A DNA stretch of 64,000 nucleotides, taken from NCBI GenBank assembly GCA_044222185.1, contig JBGANV010000009.1:162550-226549 (forward strand), in the 5' to 3' direction. This stretch comes from Planctomycetota bacterium (GTDB lineage Bacteria; Planctomycetota; GCA-002687715; CAIWVZ01). Positions within the stretch are counted from its first letter, which is position 1. The number at the start of each line of letters is the position of its first letter. Shown here one piece after another: positions 34,858 to 44,011 of this stretch. A model generated the notes under the pieces. The model was not told the DNA's origin and searched no databases. It saw nothing but the letters and a program-made list of their open reading frames with translations. Both the position numbers and the translations under genes were made by a program.

Positions 34858-35793
34858 TCACTTCGGCTTGGCGACGGCGGACGGATCGGGGGACGCAAGG
34901 GTCAGGGTCTTCGCGCCGCCCGTGAGCGTGATCTGGATCGAGCCCTTCTTGGCGTCGAACACCTGACACTCGACCGTCGTCTTCTTCTCCTTCGCCTCGC
35001 TCCACGTGGCGGACGTGGCCTTCACGACGGCGCCCGAGTCGGGCTTCTTCACGGCTTCGAAGGCGCTCGTCGTGGGCTCCATCGGCGGGCACCACGACGC
35101 CCCGTTCTTCGAGACGACGAGGTTGAACCAGACCGGGTGTTTCTTGTCGAGTGGCTCCTTGCGGAGGTTCGCCACGGGCACGGCCTTGCCCGCGTCGATC
35201 GCCTTCTCGAACACGTCGTCTGGGATCGTGAAGACATCGAGGACCCAGCCGGGCGACTTCATCGCCTTGGCACCCGCGACCGTGAACGAGCTCTTCACTT
35301 CGTTCGGACCGAAGCGCACGGCGACGGTCACGGCCTGGTTCTTCCCGACGGCCTTGTCGGGTTTGACCTCGAGCTCGAGGGCCTTCGTCGGCTTGTCGAG
35401 TTTCCCGAGCTTGCCGGGGAAACCGGCGCCGCCCTCACCGCCCGACGGATCCAGCGCGAGGGTGCCCCCGTCGCAGTTGATGGCGAACGTGTCCTGATCG
35501 GTCCGCTGGATGTTGCACCGGTACCCGCCCGGTGGGACGAAGACATCTCCTGCGAACAGGATCGTGTCCGTCGTGAGGATCGACGCGTCGTTGCGCCCCA
35601 TGCGCCACGTGCTGCCGACCTGAAGTTCCTCGATGGTGTGCTTGCCCACTTGAGGGACGCCGTAGGTGATGACCGCCGAGTGGCCCTGCCAATCGGCTTT
35701 CGCTTCCTTTCGCTGAGCCACCCCATGAAGCGAGGTGACGAGGGTGAGTGCGAGGATCGGGAGGACGGACGACGTGGGGCCGCGGCGGATCAT
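34858..35793 (-). CDS. Secreted DUF2911-like protein
   Basis: Signal peptide; ITYGVP, WRMGRNDAS, VPPGGY. Confidence 0.7.
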   Translation of the reverse strand: MIRRGPTSSVLPILALTLVTSLHGVAQRKEAKADWQGHSAVITYGVPQVGKHTIEELQVGSTWRMGRNDASILTTDTILFAGDVFVPPGGYRCNIQRTDQDTFAINCDGGTLALDPSGGEGGAGFPGKLGKLDKPTKALELEVKPDKAVGKNQAVTVAVRFGPNEVKSSFTVAGAKAMKSPGWVLDVFTIPDDVFEKAIDAGKAVPVANLRKEPLDKKHPVWFNLVVSKNGASWCPPMEPTTSAFEAVKKPDSGAVVKATSATWSEAKEKKTTVECQVFDAKKGSIQITLTGGAKTLTLASPDPSAVAKPK

Positions 35794-35908
35794 GGGGTGC
35801 TCCCGTGCCGGTTGTCGGCTTGGGGGGTGAGCGGTTCCATCGGGCAATCCTCCAACGCAAGCCACGGTCGATTTGTTCCTGGTGGCGTGGGCGGAGTGTG
35901 CGAGCGAG

Positions 35909-35914
35909 CATAAT
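35909..35914 (+). promoter_or_regulatory. Possible -10 box giving a leaderless transcript
   Basis: CATAAT 6 nt before ATG 35921, with no SD sequence. Confidence 0.4.
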
Positions 35915-35920
35915 GCGGCC

Positions 35921-36679
35921 ATGCTCGGACGCGACGAACTCGTGGCACAGCTGAATCAGCTGTTCGAGGTGGGACTGTTCACCGACTACTGCCCGAACGG
36001 GTTGCAGGTCGAGGGTCGGCCGACGATTCGACGAGTCGTCACCGGCGTCACGTCGTCGCTGGCGCTCATCGAGCGCGCCGTCGAGATGAACGCGGATGCT
36101 CTCGTGGTCCACCACGGCATCCTGTGGGACGGGGCATCCATGGTGTTGCGCGGCGCATTCCGCAAACGCGTGAGCGCGCTCCTGAAAGCCGATCTCAACC
36201 TCCTCGCCTATCACCTGCCGCTCGACCGCCATTCGGAGATCGGCAACAACGCCCCGGCGCTGCGGGATCTGGGCGGGACGGACCTCGCACCGTTCGCGCT
36301 CTACAAGGGCCAGGCGGTCGGGTGGCGGGCGACGCTCGCCGTGCCCGCCGCGGCGGACGCATTCCTGGCCCGGGTGTCGGCCTATTACGGAACGGACGCT
36401 CTCGCGTTCCCGTTCGGTCCGCCCGAGATTCGCACGGTGGGGATGGTTTCGGGCGCGGCTCAGGGCGATCTGAACAAGGCCGTCGCGGCGGGCCTCGACT
36501 GCTTCATCACCGGCGAGGTCTCCGAGTACAACATGCACATCGCGAAGGAGGAGGGGATCCACCACATCTCGGTCGGACACCACGCCTCCGAGCGCGTCGG
36601 ACCCCGGTGCCTCGCGAACTGGCTTTCGACCCGAATGGGGCTCGACGCCACGTTCGTCGATCTGCCCAACCCGGCCTGA
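35921..36679 (+). CDS. ybgI: Nif3-like dinuclear metal centre hexameric protein
   Basis: DYCPNGLQVEG, VHHG, AYHLPLDRH, GNN, FITGE, GHHASER. Confidence 0.93.
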   Translation: MLGRDELVAQLNQLFEVGLFTDYCPNGLQVEGRPTIRRVVTGVTSSLALIERAVEMNADALVVHHGILWDGASMVLRGAFRKRVSALLKADLNLLAYHLPLDRHSEIGNNAPALRDLGGTDLAPFALYKGQAVGWRATLAVPAAADAFLARVSAYYGTDALAFPFGPPEIRTVGMVSGAAQGDLNKAVAAGLDCFITGEVSEYNMHIAKEEGIHHISVGHHASERVGPRCLANWLSTRMGLDATFVDLPNPA

Positions 36680-36727
36680 CCGACACGAACAGTCCACAGG
36701 GCGGTCGCTGCTATGATCGACGCCTTC

Positions 36728-37522
36728 ATGCCTCGGTCGCACACCACTTCCCTCCAGCGAACGGCGCTCGTCACGGGCGCGGGATCGGGGATCGGGCTCG
36801 AAATCGCGAGGTCGCTCGCCGCCGCCGGTGCGCGCGTCGGGCTTGCGGGGCGCCGATTGGGCGTCCTCACGACCGCAGCGGAATCGATCCGCAAGGAGAC
36901 CGGGGGCGACGTGGTCGCGCACACCTGCGACGTGACCGACGCGGCCCACGTGGAGGCTTGCGTCCGTTCCGTCGAGACGGCCCTGGGGCCCATCGAGGTT
37001 CTCGTGAACGCGGCGGGGCAGGCTCACTCGGCGACACTCGCCGACACGACGGACGACGAGATCGATCGCATTCTCGACGTGAACGTGCGCGGCGCCCTCC
37101 GCATGGTCCGCGCCGTCGTCCCGGGAATGGTCCGCGCGGGATTCGGCCGCATCATCAACGTCGCGAGCACGGCGGCCGCCCGAGGCTACCGGTTCAACGC
37201 GCTGTACGTCGCGTCGAAGCACGCCCTGGCAGGACTCACGCGGTCGCTCTCGGCCGAGTTCCTGTCCTCCGGCGTGACCGTCAACGCCGTCTGCCCCGGA
37301 TTCACCGACACGGAAATCGTCACCCAGGCTGCGGCCGAACTGGCGCGCAAGACGCGCCGGTCGCCCGACGCCGCGAAGGCCGCGCTGGCAGGCCTCAACC
37401 CCCTCGGCCGCCTGCTTTCCACGGGAGAAGTCGCGTCGTTGGTCGTCTGGCTGGCGGGCGACGGCGCTGCGGGGGTGTCCGGCCAGTCGCTCCTCATGGA
37501 CGGCGGCACGGTTCCCGTCTGA
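36728..37522 (+). CDS. SDR family oxidoreductase (3-hydroxyacyl-CoA dehydrogenase-like)
   Basis: TGAGSGIG, YVASK, VNAVCPGFTDT. Confidence 0.92.
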   Translation: MPRSHTTSLQRTALVTGAGSGIGLEIARSLAAAGARVGLAGRRLGVLTTAAESIRKETGGDVVAHTCDVTDAAHVEACVRSVETALGPIEVLVNAAGQAHSATLADTTDDEIDRILDVNVRGALRMVRAVVPGMVRAGFGRIINVASTAAARGYRFNALYVASKHALAGLTRSLSAEFLSSGVTVNAVCPGFTDTEIVTQAAAELARKTRRSPDAAKAALAGLNPLGRLLSTGEVASLVVWLAGDGAAGVSGQSLLMDGGTVPV

Positions 37523-37671
37523 GGCCTGGGCGTGAGTCTCCGGAACCGGTTGAAGCCCTGACTGTTCCCAAGCTGGAACGGTTCGTGGTCCGCGCTCCCC
37601 GCAATCCGTATGTTTTGCCTGCCCAGCACGGAGCGAACCGTGTGCAAGGCCTCCCGCCCGCGAGAGAACCC

Positions 37672-38145
37672 ATGAAGAACCTCAGCTCGATCCTGTCAGC
37701 GATCGCCGTCCTCATGCTCGTGACGACCGTCGCCACTGCGCAGCGCCCAAACAAACCGCCACAGAAGAACCCGACGGGCAGGTCCGAGAAGGAACCCCTC
37801 AAGCCGGACCTCGCGGCCGAGTCCATCAAGGTCAAGTGGAAGGACAAGACGACCGTCGAGGTCACCGGGACGGTGAAGAACGTGGGGCAGGGCGAGCACA
37901 AGGGCGCCCGGACGGTGACGCTCAAGATCGCCGGAGCGGACGGCAAGTCCACGGACGTCAAGAGCGAGACGATGACCGAAATCGCCCCGGGCAAGACGTT
38001 CACGATCACGTTCGACACCACGGATGTCGCCAAGTACTTCGGCAAGGACATCAAGTGGACGCTTTCGATCTACGAGGGCGACGACAACAAGAAGAACGAC
38101 AACAAGACCCTCACCCTCGACCCGGGCAAGCCCCCGGCGAAGTGA
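37672..38145 (+). CDS. Small secreted CARDB/Ig-like protein
   Basis: Signal peptide; KPDLA, VTGTVKNVG, IAPGKT, DDNKKNDN. Confidence 0.75.
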   Translation: MKNLSSILSAIAVLMLVTTVATAQRPNKPPQKNPTGRSEKEPLKPDLAAESIKVKWKDKTTVEVTGTVKNVGQGEHKGARTVTLKIAGADGKSTDVKSETMTEIAPGKTFTITFDTTDVAKYFGKDIKWTLSIYEGDDNKKNDNKTLTLDPGKPPAK

Positions 38146-38214
38146 AGTTCTCGCGGGCTTGGGCCCCAGCCCCCTGGACTCTTGGGCCGGCAGCGTGTCA
38201 AATCGTTGCCGCCC

Positions 38215-39012
38215 ATGACCCAACCGCCTGAATTCGACGTCGTTCGGGAGGGGCACCTCGTCACGGTGACCCTGAACCGCCCCCCGCGCCTCAACGCGCT
38301 CACCCTCGCCCTCTACCGCGGCCTGACGGACTTCTTCGCCGCGGAGCAGAAGAACCTCCACACGCGCGCCGTGGTCATCACCGGTGCCGGGCGGGGATTT
38401 TGCAGCGGCGGCGACGTGCATGACATCATCGGAGCCCTGCAAGGGCATCCCATGCACGAGATCCTCGCCTTCACGCGCATGACGGGCGAGCTCATCGGCA
38501 ACATGCGGCGATTCGATCGGCCGATCGTCGCGGCGATCAACGGGGTTGCTGCCGGCGCCGGGGCGGTGATCGCCCTCGCGAGCGACCTGCGAGTCATGGC
38601 TGTGGGCTCGTCGATCGCTTTCCTGTTCAGCAAGGTGGGACTGACTGGCGCCGACATGGGGGCCGGGTTCCTGCTGCCCCGCGTCGTGGGCTTCGGGCGC
38701 GCGACGGAACTGCTCATGCTCGGCGACCCCGTTCCCGCCGAGGCCGCGCTCCAGATGGGGCTCGCGAATCGCGTCGTCCCTCAGACCGAGGTGATGCCCG
38801 TCGCCCTCGAACTCGCGCGCAAGCTGATGGACGGCCCGCCGCTCGCCATGCGCATGACGAAGCAGATGCTCGAGAACGAATGGTGCATGCAACTCGGGCC
38901 GGCCCTCGAGGCCGAGGCCCAGGCCCAGGCCCTCATGATGCTCGGCGACGATCACGCCGAGTTCCACCGCGCCTACGTCGCCAAGCGCCCGGCGCAGTTC
39001 AAAGGACACTGA
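38215..39012 (+). CDS. Enoyl-CoA hydratase family protein
   Basis: FCSGGDV, AAINGVAAGAG, FSKVGLTGADMG. Confidence 0.93.
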   Translation: MTQPPEFDVVREGHLVTVTLNRPPRLNALTLALYRGLTDFFAAEQKNLHTRAVVITGAGRGFCSGGDVHDIIGALQGHPMHEILAFTRMTGELIGNMRRFDRPIVAAINGVAAGAGAVIALASDLRVMAVGSSIAFLFSKVGLTGADMGAGFLLPRVVGFGRATELLMLGDPVPAEAALQMGLANRVVPQTEVMPVALELARKLMDGPPLAMRMTKQMLENEWCMQLGPALEAEAQAQALMMLGDDHAEFHRAYVAKRPAQFKGH

Positions 39013-39013
39013 A

Positions 39014-40177
39014 TTGGATTTCGAACCCACGGCGGCGGAACTCGCGGTCCAGGACGCGGCGCGGAGCTTCGCGGCGAAAGTCCTCGCACCTCGCGTGCGA
39101 GACGCGGACGAGCGCGGGCATTTCGACCGCTCCATCGTCCCCGAACTCGGCCGCGCGGGATTCATCGGATGCACGCTGCCCCGCGAGGTCGGCGGCGCCG
39201 GCGCGACCCACGTGGCGTCCGCGCTGATGATGGAGGAACTCGGCGCCGTCGATTCGTCGTGGCGCGGGTTCATCACGGTGCAAGGCGCGCTGTGCGGGCT
39301 GTGCCTGAACGACTTCGCCTCGCCCGAGCAGAAGCGCGAGCACCTGCCCCGGCTGTCGCGCGGCGACGCGATCTACGCGTGCGGCCTCACGGAGCCGCAG
39401 GCGGGGACGGATCTGGCGGCGATCTCCACGCGGGCGACGCCCCATGGAACCGGCTGGCGGATCTCCGGCGAGAAGGTCTGGATCACGAATGGCGGTGTCG
39501 CCGACTGGATCCTCCTCTTCGCGACCGTCGACCCGGCGTTGAAGCATCGCGGGCTCACGTGTTTCCTCGTGCGCGGGAACGCTCCGGGTTTGCGGCGCGA
39601 GCGCATGCCCGGGCGTGAGATGGGCCATCGCGGATCGGACCACGCGCGCCTCCTCCTCGAGAACGTGGAGGTCGGGCCCGCGGACATCGTCGGCAGGCCT
39701 TGCGGCGGGTTCCACGTCGCCATGGGCGCGCTCGAGCACGGCCGCCTCGGAGTCGCGGCCGGTGCCGTCGGCATTCACCGCGCGTGTCACGACATCTCCG
39801 TCGACTTCGCGCGCCGGCGCCGGCAGTTCGGGCAGCGCATCGGGGACTTCCAGCTCGTTCAGGGGTTGATCGCCGACATGCACGCGAACCTTCAGGCGTC
39901 GCGGCTGCTGACGCTCCGCGCCGCCTGGCTTCGCGATCGCGGCCGTTCGAATGCGCGCGAGGTCTCCGTCGCCAAGTACCTGGCCGTCGAGAATGCGGTG
40001 AAGGCGGCCAACGACACGATTCTCGTGCTCGGCTCCCGCGGCTACACGAACGAATCGCCGGCCGAGCGGCATTTGCGCGACATCAAAGGCATGCAGATCT
40101 ACGAGGGAACGTCGCTCATCCAGCGCGTGATCATCGCGAAGGACGTGCTCGGGAAGGATCAGGGGGAGACGCTGTGA
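39014..40177 (+). CDS. Acyl-CoA dehydrogenase
   Basis: LTEPQAGTD, GEKVWITNG, RRQFGQRIGDFQ, IYEGTS; TTG start. Confidence 0.93.
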   Translation: MDFEPTAAELAVQDAARSFAAKVLAPRVRDADERGHFDRSIVPELGRAGFIGCTLPREVGGAGATHVASALMMEELGAVDSSWRGFITVQGALCGLCLNDFASPEQKREHLPRLSRGDAIYACGLTEPQAGTDLAAISTRATPHGTGWRISGEKVWITNGGVADWILLFATVDPALKHRGLTCFLVRGNAPGLRRERMPGREMGHRGSDHARLLLENVEVGPADIVGRPCGGFHVAMGALEHGRLGVAAGAVGIHRACHDISVDFARRRRQFGQRIGDFQLVQGLIADMHANLQASRLLTLRAAWLRDRGRSNAREVSVAKYLAVENAVKAANDTILVLGSRGYTNESPAERHLRDIKGMQIYEGTSLIQRVIIAKDVLGKDQGETL

Positions 40178-41511
40178 CGATCGATCAGCCGTACTGGAAC
40201 CCGAAGATGGAAACGCTGCCGAAGGAGCAGCTGCGCGGGCTCCAGCTCGAGAAGCTCCGCCGCATGACGACCTACGCGGCGCAAAAGAGCGGGTTTCACC
40301 AGCGGCGCTTCGCCGCGGCCGGCTTCAAGCCGGAACAGTTGAAGACCTGGGACGACATCCGGCGAATCCCCGTGATGGACCGCCCCGACTGGATGGCCTC
40401 CCAGCGAGAGAAGCCCATCTTCGGCGACCTGCTCGCGGTGCCGCGTGAGAACGCCATCCGCTACCACCTGACCTCCGGCACGACGGGCAAGACGCCGCTG
40501 CGCGTCCTCGACGGACCGAAGGATTGGCAGTGGATCTCCGAGTGCTGGGCGTACGGCTTCTGGGCGTTCGGTGTGCGTCCGACGGACACGGTGTTCTTCG
40601 CGTTCTCCTACGGGTCGTTCATCGGCTTTTGGGGCGCGCATTACGCCTGCGAGAAGCTCGGCGCGCTCGTCGTCCCGTCGGGCAACATGACGACGGAGGC
40701 GCGCGTCAAGCAGATCCTCGACATGAACGTGACGACCGTTTGCGCCACGCCGACGTACGCGCTCCGCATGGCGCAGGCGGCGAAGGAGATGGGCGTGGAC
40801 ATCCCGGGGCACGGGACCGTCAAGCGCGTGATCGTCTCCGGCGAGCCGGCCGGCAGCATCCCGGCGACGAAGCGGATGATCGAGGGCATGTGGGGCGGGA
40901 TCTGCGGCGACACGGCCGGCATGACGGAACTCGGCACGATCATCATGTTCGAGTGCTCCCATCAGCCGGGCGGCGCGCACATCATCGAAGATCACTTCAT
41001 CGAAGAGGTGCTGAACCCCGAGACGCTCGATCCCGTCGGATACGGCGAGCGGGGTGAGCGCGTCGTGACGTCGTTCGGGCGAGGGATGATCCCCGTGCTC
41101 CGCTACCGGACGTCCGATCTCGTCGTGAAAGTGCCGCACACCCACTGCCGCTGCGGTCGCACGTTCGACATCTACGAGGGCGGAATCCTGGGGCGCGTCG
41201 ACGACATGCTGCTGATCCGCGGCACGAACGTCTATCCGCGCGCCATCGAGAGCATCGTGCGCGAGGAGTCCGCCGTGGACGAGTTCCAGATCCTCGTCGA
41301 GAAGATCGACGACGTGGACGAGATCACGGTCAACGTGGAGCTGCGCGCTGGCTGCGCCGACCCTTGGGATGCGGTCCATCGGCGTCTGGGCAAGGAGCTG
41401 GCGGAAGCCCACGAAGGCCTTCGCATCAACCTGGCGCAGGCCGCAGCGGGATCGCTGCCGCGCTTCGAGCTGAAGGCCCGTCGCGTCGTCGACAAGCGCA
41501 AGGTCAACTGA
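40174..41511 (+). CDS. Phenylacetate-CoA ligase-like aryl-CoA ligase
   Basis: YWNPKMETL, TSGTTG, TPTYA, GMTE, RYRTSD, CRCGRT, GRVDDMLLIRGTNVYP, LPRFELKA; GTGA overlap with the upstream gene. Confidence 0.92.
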   Translation: MTIDQPYWNPKMETLPKEQLRGLQLEKLRRMTTYAAQKSGFHQRRFAAAGFKPEQLKTWDDIRRIPVMDRPDWMASQREKPIFGDLLAVPRENAIRYHLTSGTTGKTPLRVLDGPKDWQWISECWAYGFWAFGVRPTDTVFFAFSYGSFIGFWGAHYACEKLGALVVPSGNMTTEARVKQILDMNVTTVCATPTYALRMAQAAKEMGVDIPGHGTVKRVIVSGEPAGSIPATKRMIEGMWGGICGDTAGMTELGTIIMFECSHQPGGAHIIEDHFIEEVLNPETLDPVGYGERGERVVTSFGRGMIPVLRYRTSDLVVKVPHTHCRCGRTFDIYEGGILGRVDDMLLIRGTNVYPRAIESIVREESAVDEFQILVEKIDDVDEITVNVELRAGCADPWDAVHRRLGKELAEAHEGLRINLAQAAAGSLPRFELKARRVVDKRKVN

Positions 41512-41532
41512 CGGTGGGGAAGAGCTGATCAC

Positions 41533-41742
41533 ATGAACGACGACAAGGATCTCCTCGGTCGCACGCCGACCGAGGCCGAACGTCAGGTGCTCGACGTCTA
41601 CGATCGACTGAAGGCGCTCGTCGCACGGCCCGATCTGCCGCCGTGCGCGCAGAGCAACTCGCGCTTCGCGCTCGCGGCCGTCTGGCAGATGGTCAACGAC
41701 CTGGGCCTGCGGTTCGAGCAGTTGGACGAGCTGAGGGTGTAG
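41533..41742 (+). CDS. Small helical hypothetical protein (69 aa)
   Basis: Purine-rich RBS region, coding-like codon use, directly downstream of the ligase. Confidence 0.75.
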   Translation: MNDDKDLLGRTPTEAERQVLDVYDRLKALVARPDLPPCAQSNSRFALAAVWQMVNDLGLRFEQLDELRV

Positions 41743-41914
41743 GCGCCGATGCGCCCGCAGCGGTGTGCCGTGGTCCTCATCGGCCTCGACACCCTGCGCG
41801 CTGCCCCGACGTTTTCTGCCGAGGGCGGCGATGTCGCACGTCGTCGTGCTCTCGGACCTCGTCGTCGACGGGCCCCGGCCGCTGGCCGAATGTGGCGCTT
41901 CATCGGAGCGTGGG

Positions 41915-41952
41915 TGGCATCAAGACATCAACCCATGTATGCTCTGATGCCA
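41915..41952 (+). promoter_or_regulatory. vapBC operator/promoter
   Basis: Inverted repeat TGGCATCA (41915-41922) / TGATGCCA (41945-41952) flanks a TATGCT -10 box and abuts the ATG. Confidence 0.65.
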
Positions 41953-42200
41953 TGCGAACGACTCTGACTCTGGACAAGGACGTGGCGGTTCGGCTTCGTC
42001 GGCTCCAGGAGCGCCGCCGGTTGAGCTTGAAAGAAGCTGTCAATCAGGTGATGCGCGAAGGCCTGGAGCGACTCGAGGAACGACCCAAGCGGCGGGCGCG
42101 CTTTCGACTCAAGCCGTTGAACCTCGGTCGCTGCCTGCTGCCTTCGCTCGCCAACATCGCGGGCGTGCTGGACTTGATCGAGGGCGAGACGCACAAGTGA
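41952..42200 (+). CDS. vapB: VapB-type antitoxin (ribbon-helix-helix)
   Basis: MRTTLTLDKDV...SLKEAVNQVMREGL; overlaps the toxin start. Confidence 0.88.
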   Translation: MRTTLTLDKDVAVRLRRLQERRRLSLKEAVNQVMREGLERLEERPKRRARFRLKPLNLGRCLLPSLANIAGVLDLIEGETHK

Positions 42201-42625
42201 TCCTGCTCGACGCCAATCTGCTGATCTACGCCAACGTGACCACGATGCCAGAACACGCGCGCGCGCGCGCCTGGCTGGAAGATGTCTTGTCGAGCGGCAT
42301 CCGCGTGGGCTTGCCGTGGCCGTCACTGTTGGCGTTCCTGCGGATCGTCACAAACCCCCGAGTCTTCGCGGCGGCCGTCGATCTTCCCCGCGCCTGGAAG
42401 CAGGTGGCGACGTGGCTGGAGGTCGACACCGTGTACGTGCCGCAGCCAACCGAGCGGCACGCGGCGATTCTTGGCGTCCTTCTCGCCGTGCCCGGGGCGA
42501 CGGCGAAGATGGTCCCAGACGCCCATCTTGCCGCGTTGGCAATCGAGCACGGATTGACGCTCCAGACGCATGACAGTGGATTCGCTCGGTTCCCGGGGCT
42601 TGCGTGGTCGAATCCTCTGGCCTGA
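42197..42625 (+). CDS. vapC: VapC PIN-domain ribonuclease toxin
   Basis: ILLDANLLIYA, FLRIVTNPR, VPDAHLAALAIEHG, THDSGFARF. Confidence 0.93.
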   Translation: MILLDANLLIYANVTTMPEHARARAWLEDVLSSGIRVGLPWPSLLAFLRIVTNPRVFAAAVDLPRAWKQVATWLEVDTVYVPQPTERHAAILGVLLAVPGATAKMVPDAHLAALAIEHGLTLQTHDSGFARFPGLAWSNPLA

Positions 42626-42646
42626 TTCCGGTGGAAACGCAGTGAC

Positions 42647-43351
42647 CTACGTTGGCGTGACTCGACGCACGAACGCATCCACCAACGGAACGAGCTCGCC
42701 CCGGAGCCCATGTCCACCCGCATGAACGTGCATCTCCACGTTCACGCCATGGCGGCGCAACTCCGTGGCTGCGTCCTGCTGGCGTGAGACGGGCATGCTC
42801 GGATCCCGTTCGCCGTGGAGGATGAGGACGGGGTATCCCGCGCGGTCGGGGAGGACGTCGCCGAGCGACTCGGTCTTGATGCGGCACGAGATCGCGATCA
42901 GCGCGTGGTAGCGGGACGGATCGCGTAGGGCCGCGACGCCCGCCAGGTATCCGCCCTGGCTGTATCCCAGGAGCACGACGCGCGACCGGTCGATCACCAC
43001 CTGCGCCGCCGCGTGGTCGACCACCGACTGAAGGTGCGCGTCGGCGAACGCGAGGGCGCGCATGAACGCCGGCTGGTCGCCCGTGTACTGGTACCAGGCG
43101 AATCCCACGCGAAGCCCCGAGTCCTCGTGCATTTCAACGGGAAACGGGCCGTCGGGGAAAAGGCGCGCGTAGGGGGCGGCGTCGAGCCCCCGGAGCCGCT
43201 CGCGGATGCGTGCGCCGTCGTCGCCGAATCCGTGGAGTGCGACGAGGAGCGGCCACCCTCCGCGCGGCGGCGGCCCCTCCGGCACGTCGATGCGGTATCG
43301 AGCGGCCCACGAGACGGGCACCAACCCTTCGAAGTTCCGTGAATCAGCCAT
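42647..43351 (-). CDS. Phospholipase/carboxylesterase-type alpha/beta hydrolase
   Basis: ALHGFG, GYSQGG, LHGERD, GGH. Confidence 0.88.
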   Translation of the reverse strand: MADSRNFEGLVPVSWAARYRIDVPEGPPPRGGWPLLVALHGFGDDGARIRERLRGLDAAPYARLFPDGPFPVEMHEDSGLRVGFAWYQYTGDQPAFMRALAFADAHLQSVVDHAAAQVVIDRSRVVLLGYSQGGYLAGVAALRDPSRYHALIAISCRIKTESLGDVLPDRAGYPVLILHGERDPSMPVSRQQDAATELRRHGVNVEMHVHAGGHGLRGELVPLVDAFVRRVTPT

Positions 43352-43433
43352 GCGTGGGGCGGGGCCGGCTTCTTGCCTGCCCGTGGGCTGGGTTCTACCA
43401 TCGCGGGCTCACCCGGCCGGAACCCCCTCGAAC

Positions 43434-43895
43434 ATGCCGACCCTCGCCGACTTCCTGACTGCCGATCACATCACCTGGCTCCAGGCGCAGGACAAGAAAG
43501 GCGCGCTCGACGAGCTGCTCGGACTCCTTTCCACGTCCAAGTTCGTGAAGGATCCGAAGAGCCTCCAGGACGCCATCTTCAGCCGCGAAGTGATGATGAG
43601 CACGGGCGTGGGCTACGGGGTCGCCGTGCCGCACGCCAAGCTTCCGGCCGTCGAGCAGTTCGTGCTGGCGATGGGCGTGGCCCAGGCCGGGATTGCGTAC
43701 GGCTCGGTCGTCGACGATCAGCCCGTGCGCCTGATTTGCATGATCGCGGGCCCGGACAGCCACCAGGACGTCTATCTGCGCCTCCTCTCGACGGTGATGA
43801 AGTTCATCAAGAGCGAGAAGGGACTCGTGCTCGCAGCCACGCATCCGGAGGAGATCCGCCGGTACGCGTCGAAGTACGAGGTCACGGGCATCTGA
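43434..43895 (+). CDS. PTS IIA domain protein (Ntr/Fru type)
   Basis: REVMMSTGVGYGVAVPHAK phospho-His motif. Confidence 0.9.
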   Translation: MPTLADFLTADHITWLQAQDKKGALDELLGLLSTSKFVKDPKSLQDAIFSREVMMSTGVGYGVAVPHAKLPAVEQFVLAMGVAQAGIAYGSVVDDQPVRLICMIAGPDSHQDVYLRLLSTVMKFIKSEKGLVLAATHPEEIRRYASKYEVTGI

Positions 43896-44011
43896 ATCGT
43901 CCGGCCGCGCGACCGTCGCACGACGGCGAAACGCCTTGAGGCGCCGAACCCCGGCTGCTTTCATGCACACCACATTCCGGCCATGCCGTCGCCGGAGCGA
44001 GGAACCACCCG

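Noticed and set aside
36124-37671. N-terminal part of the 673-aa ORF
   Set aside because: It overlaps ybgI and the SDR in another frame; only the segment from ATG 37672 looks like a real gene.
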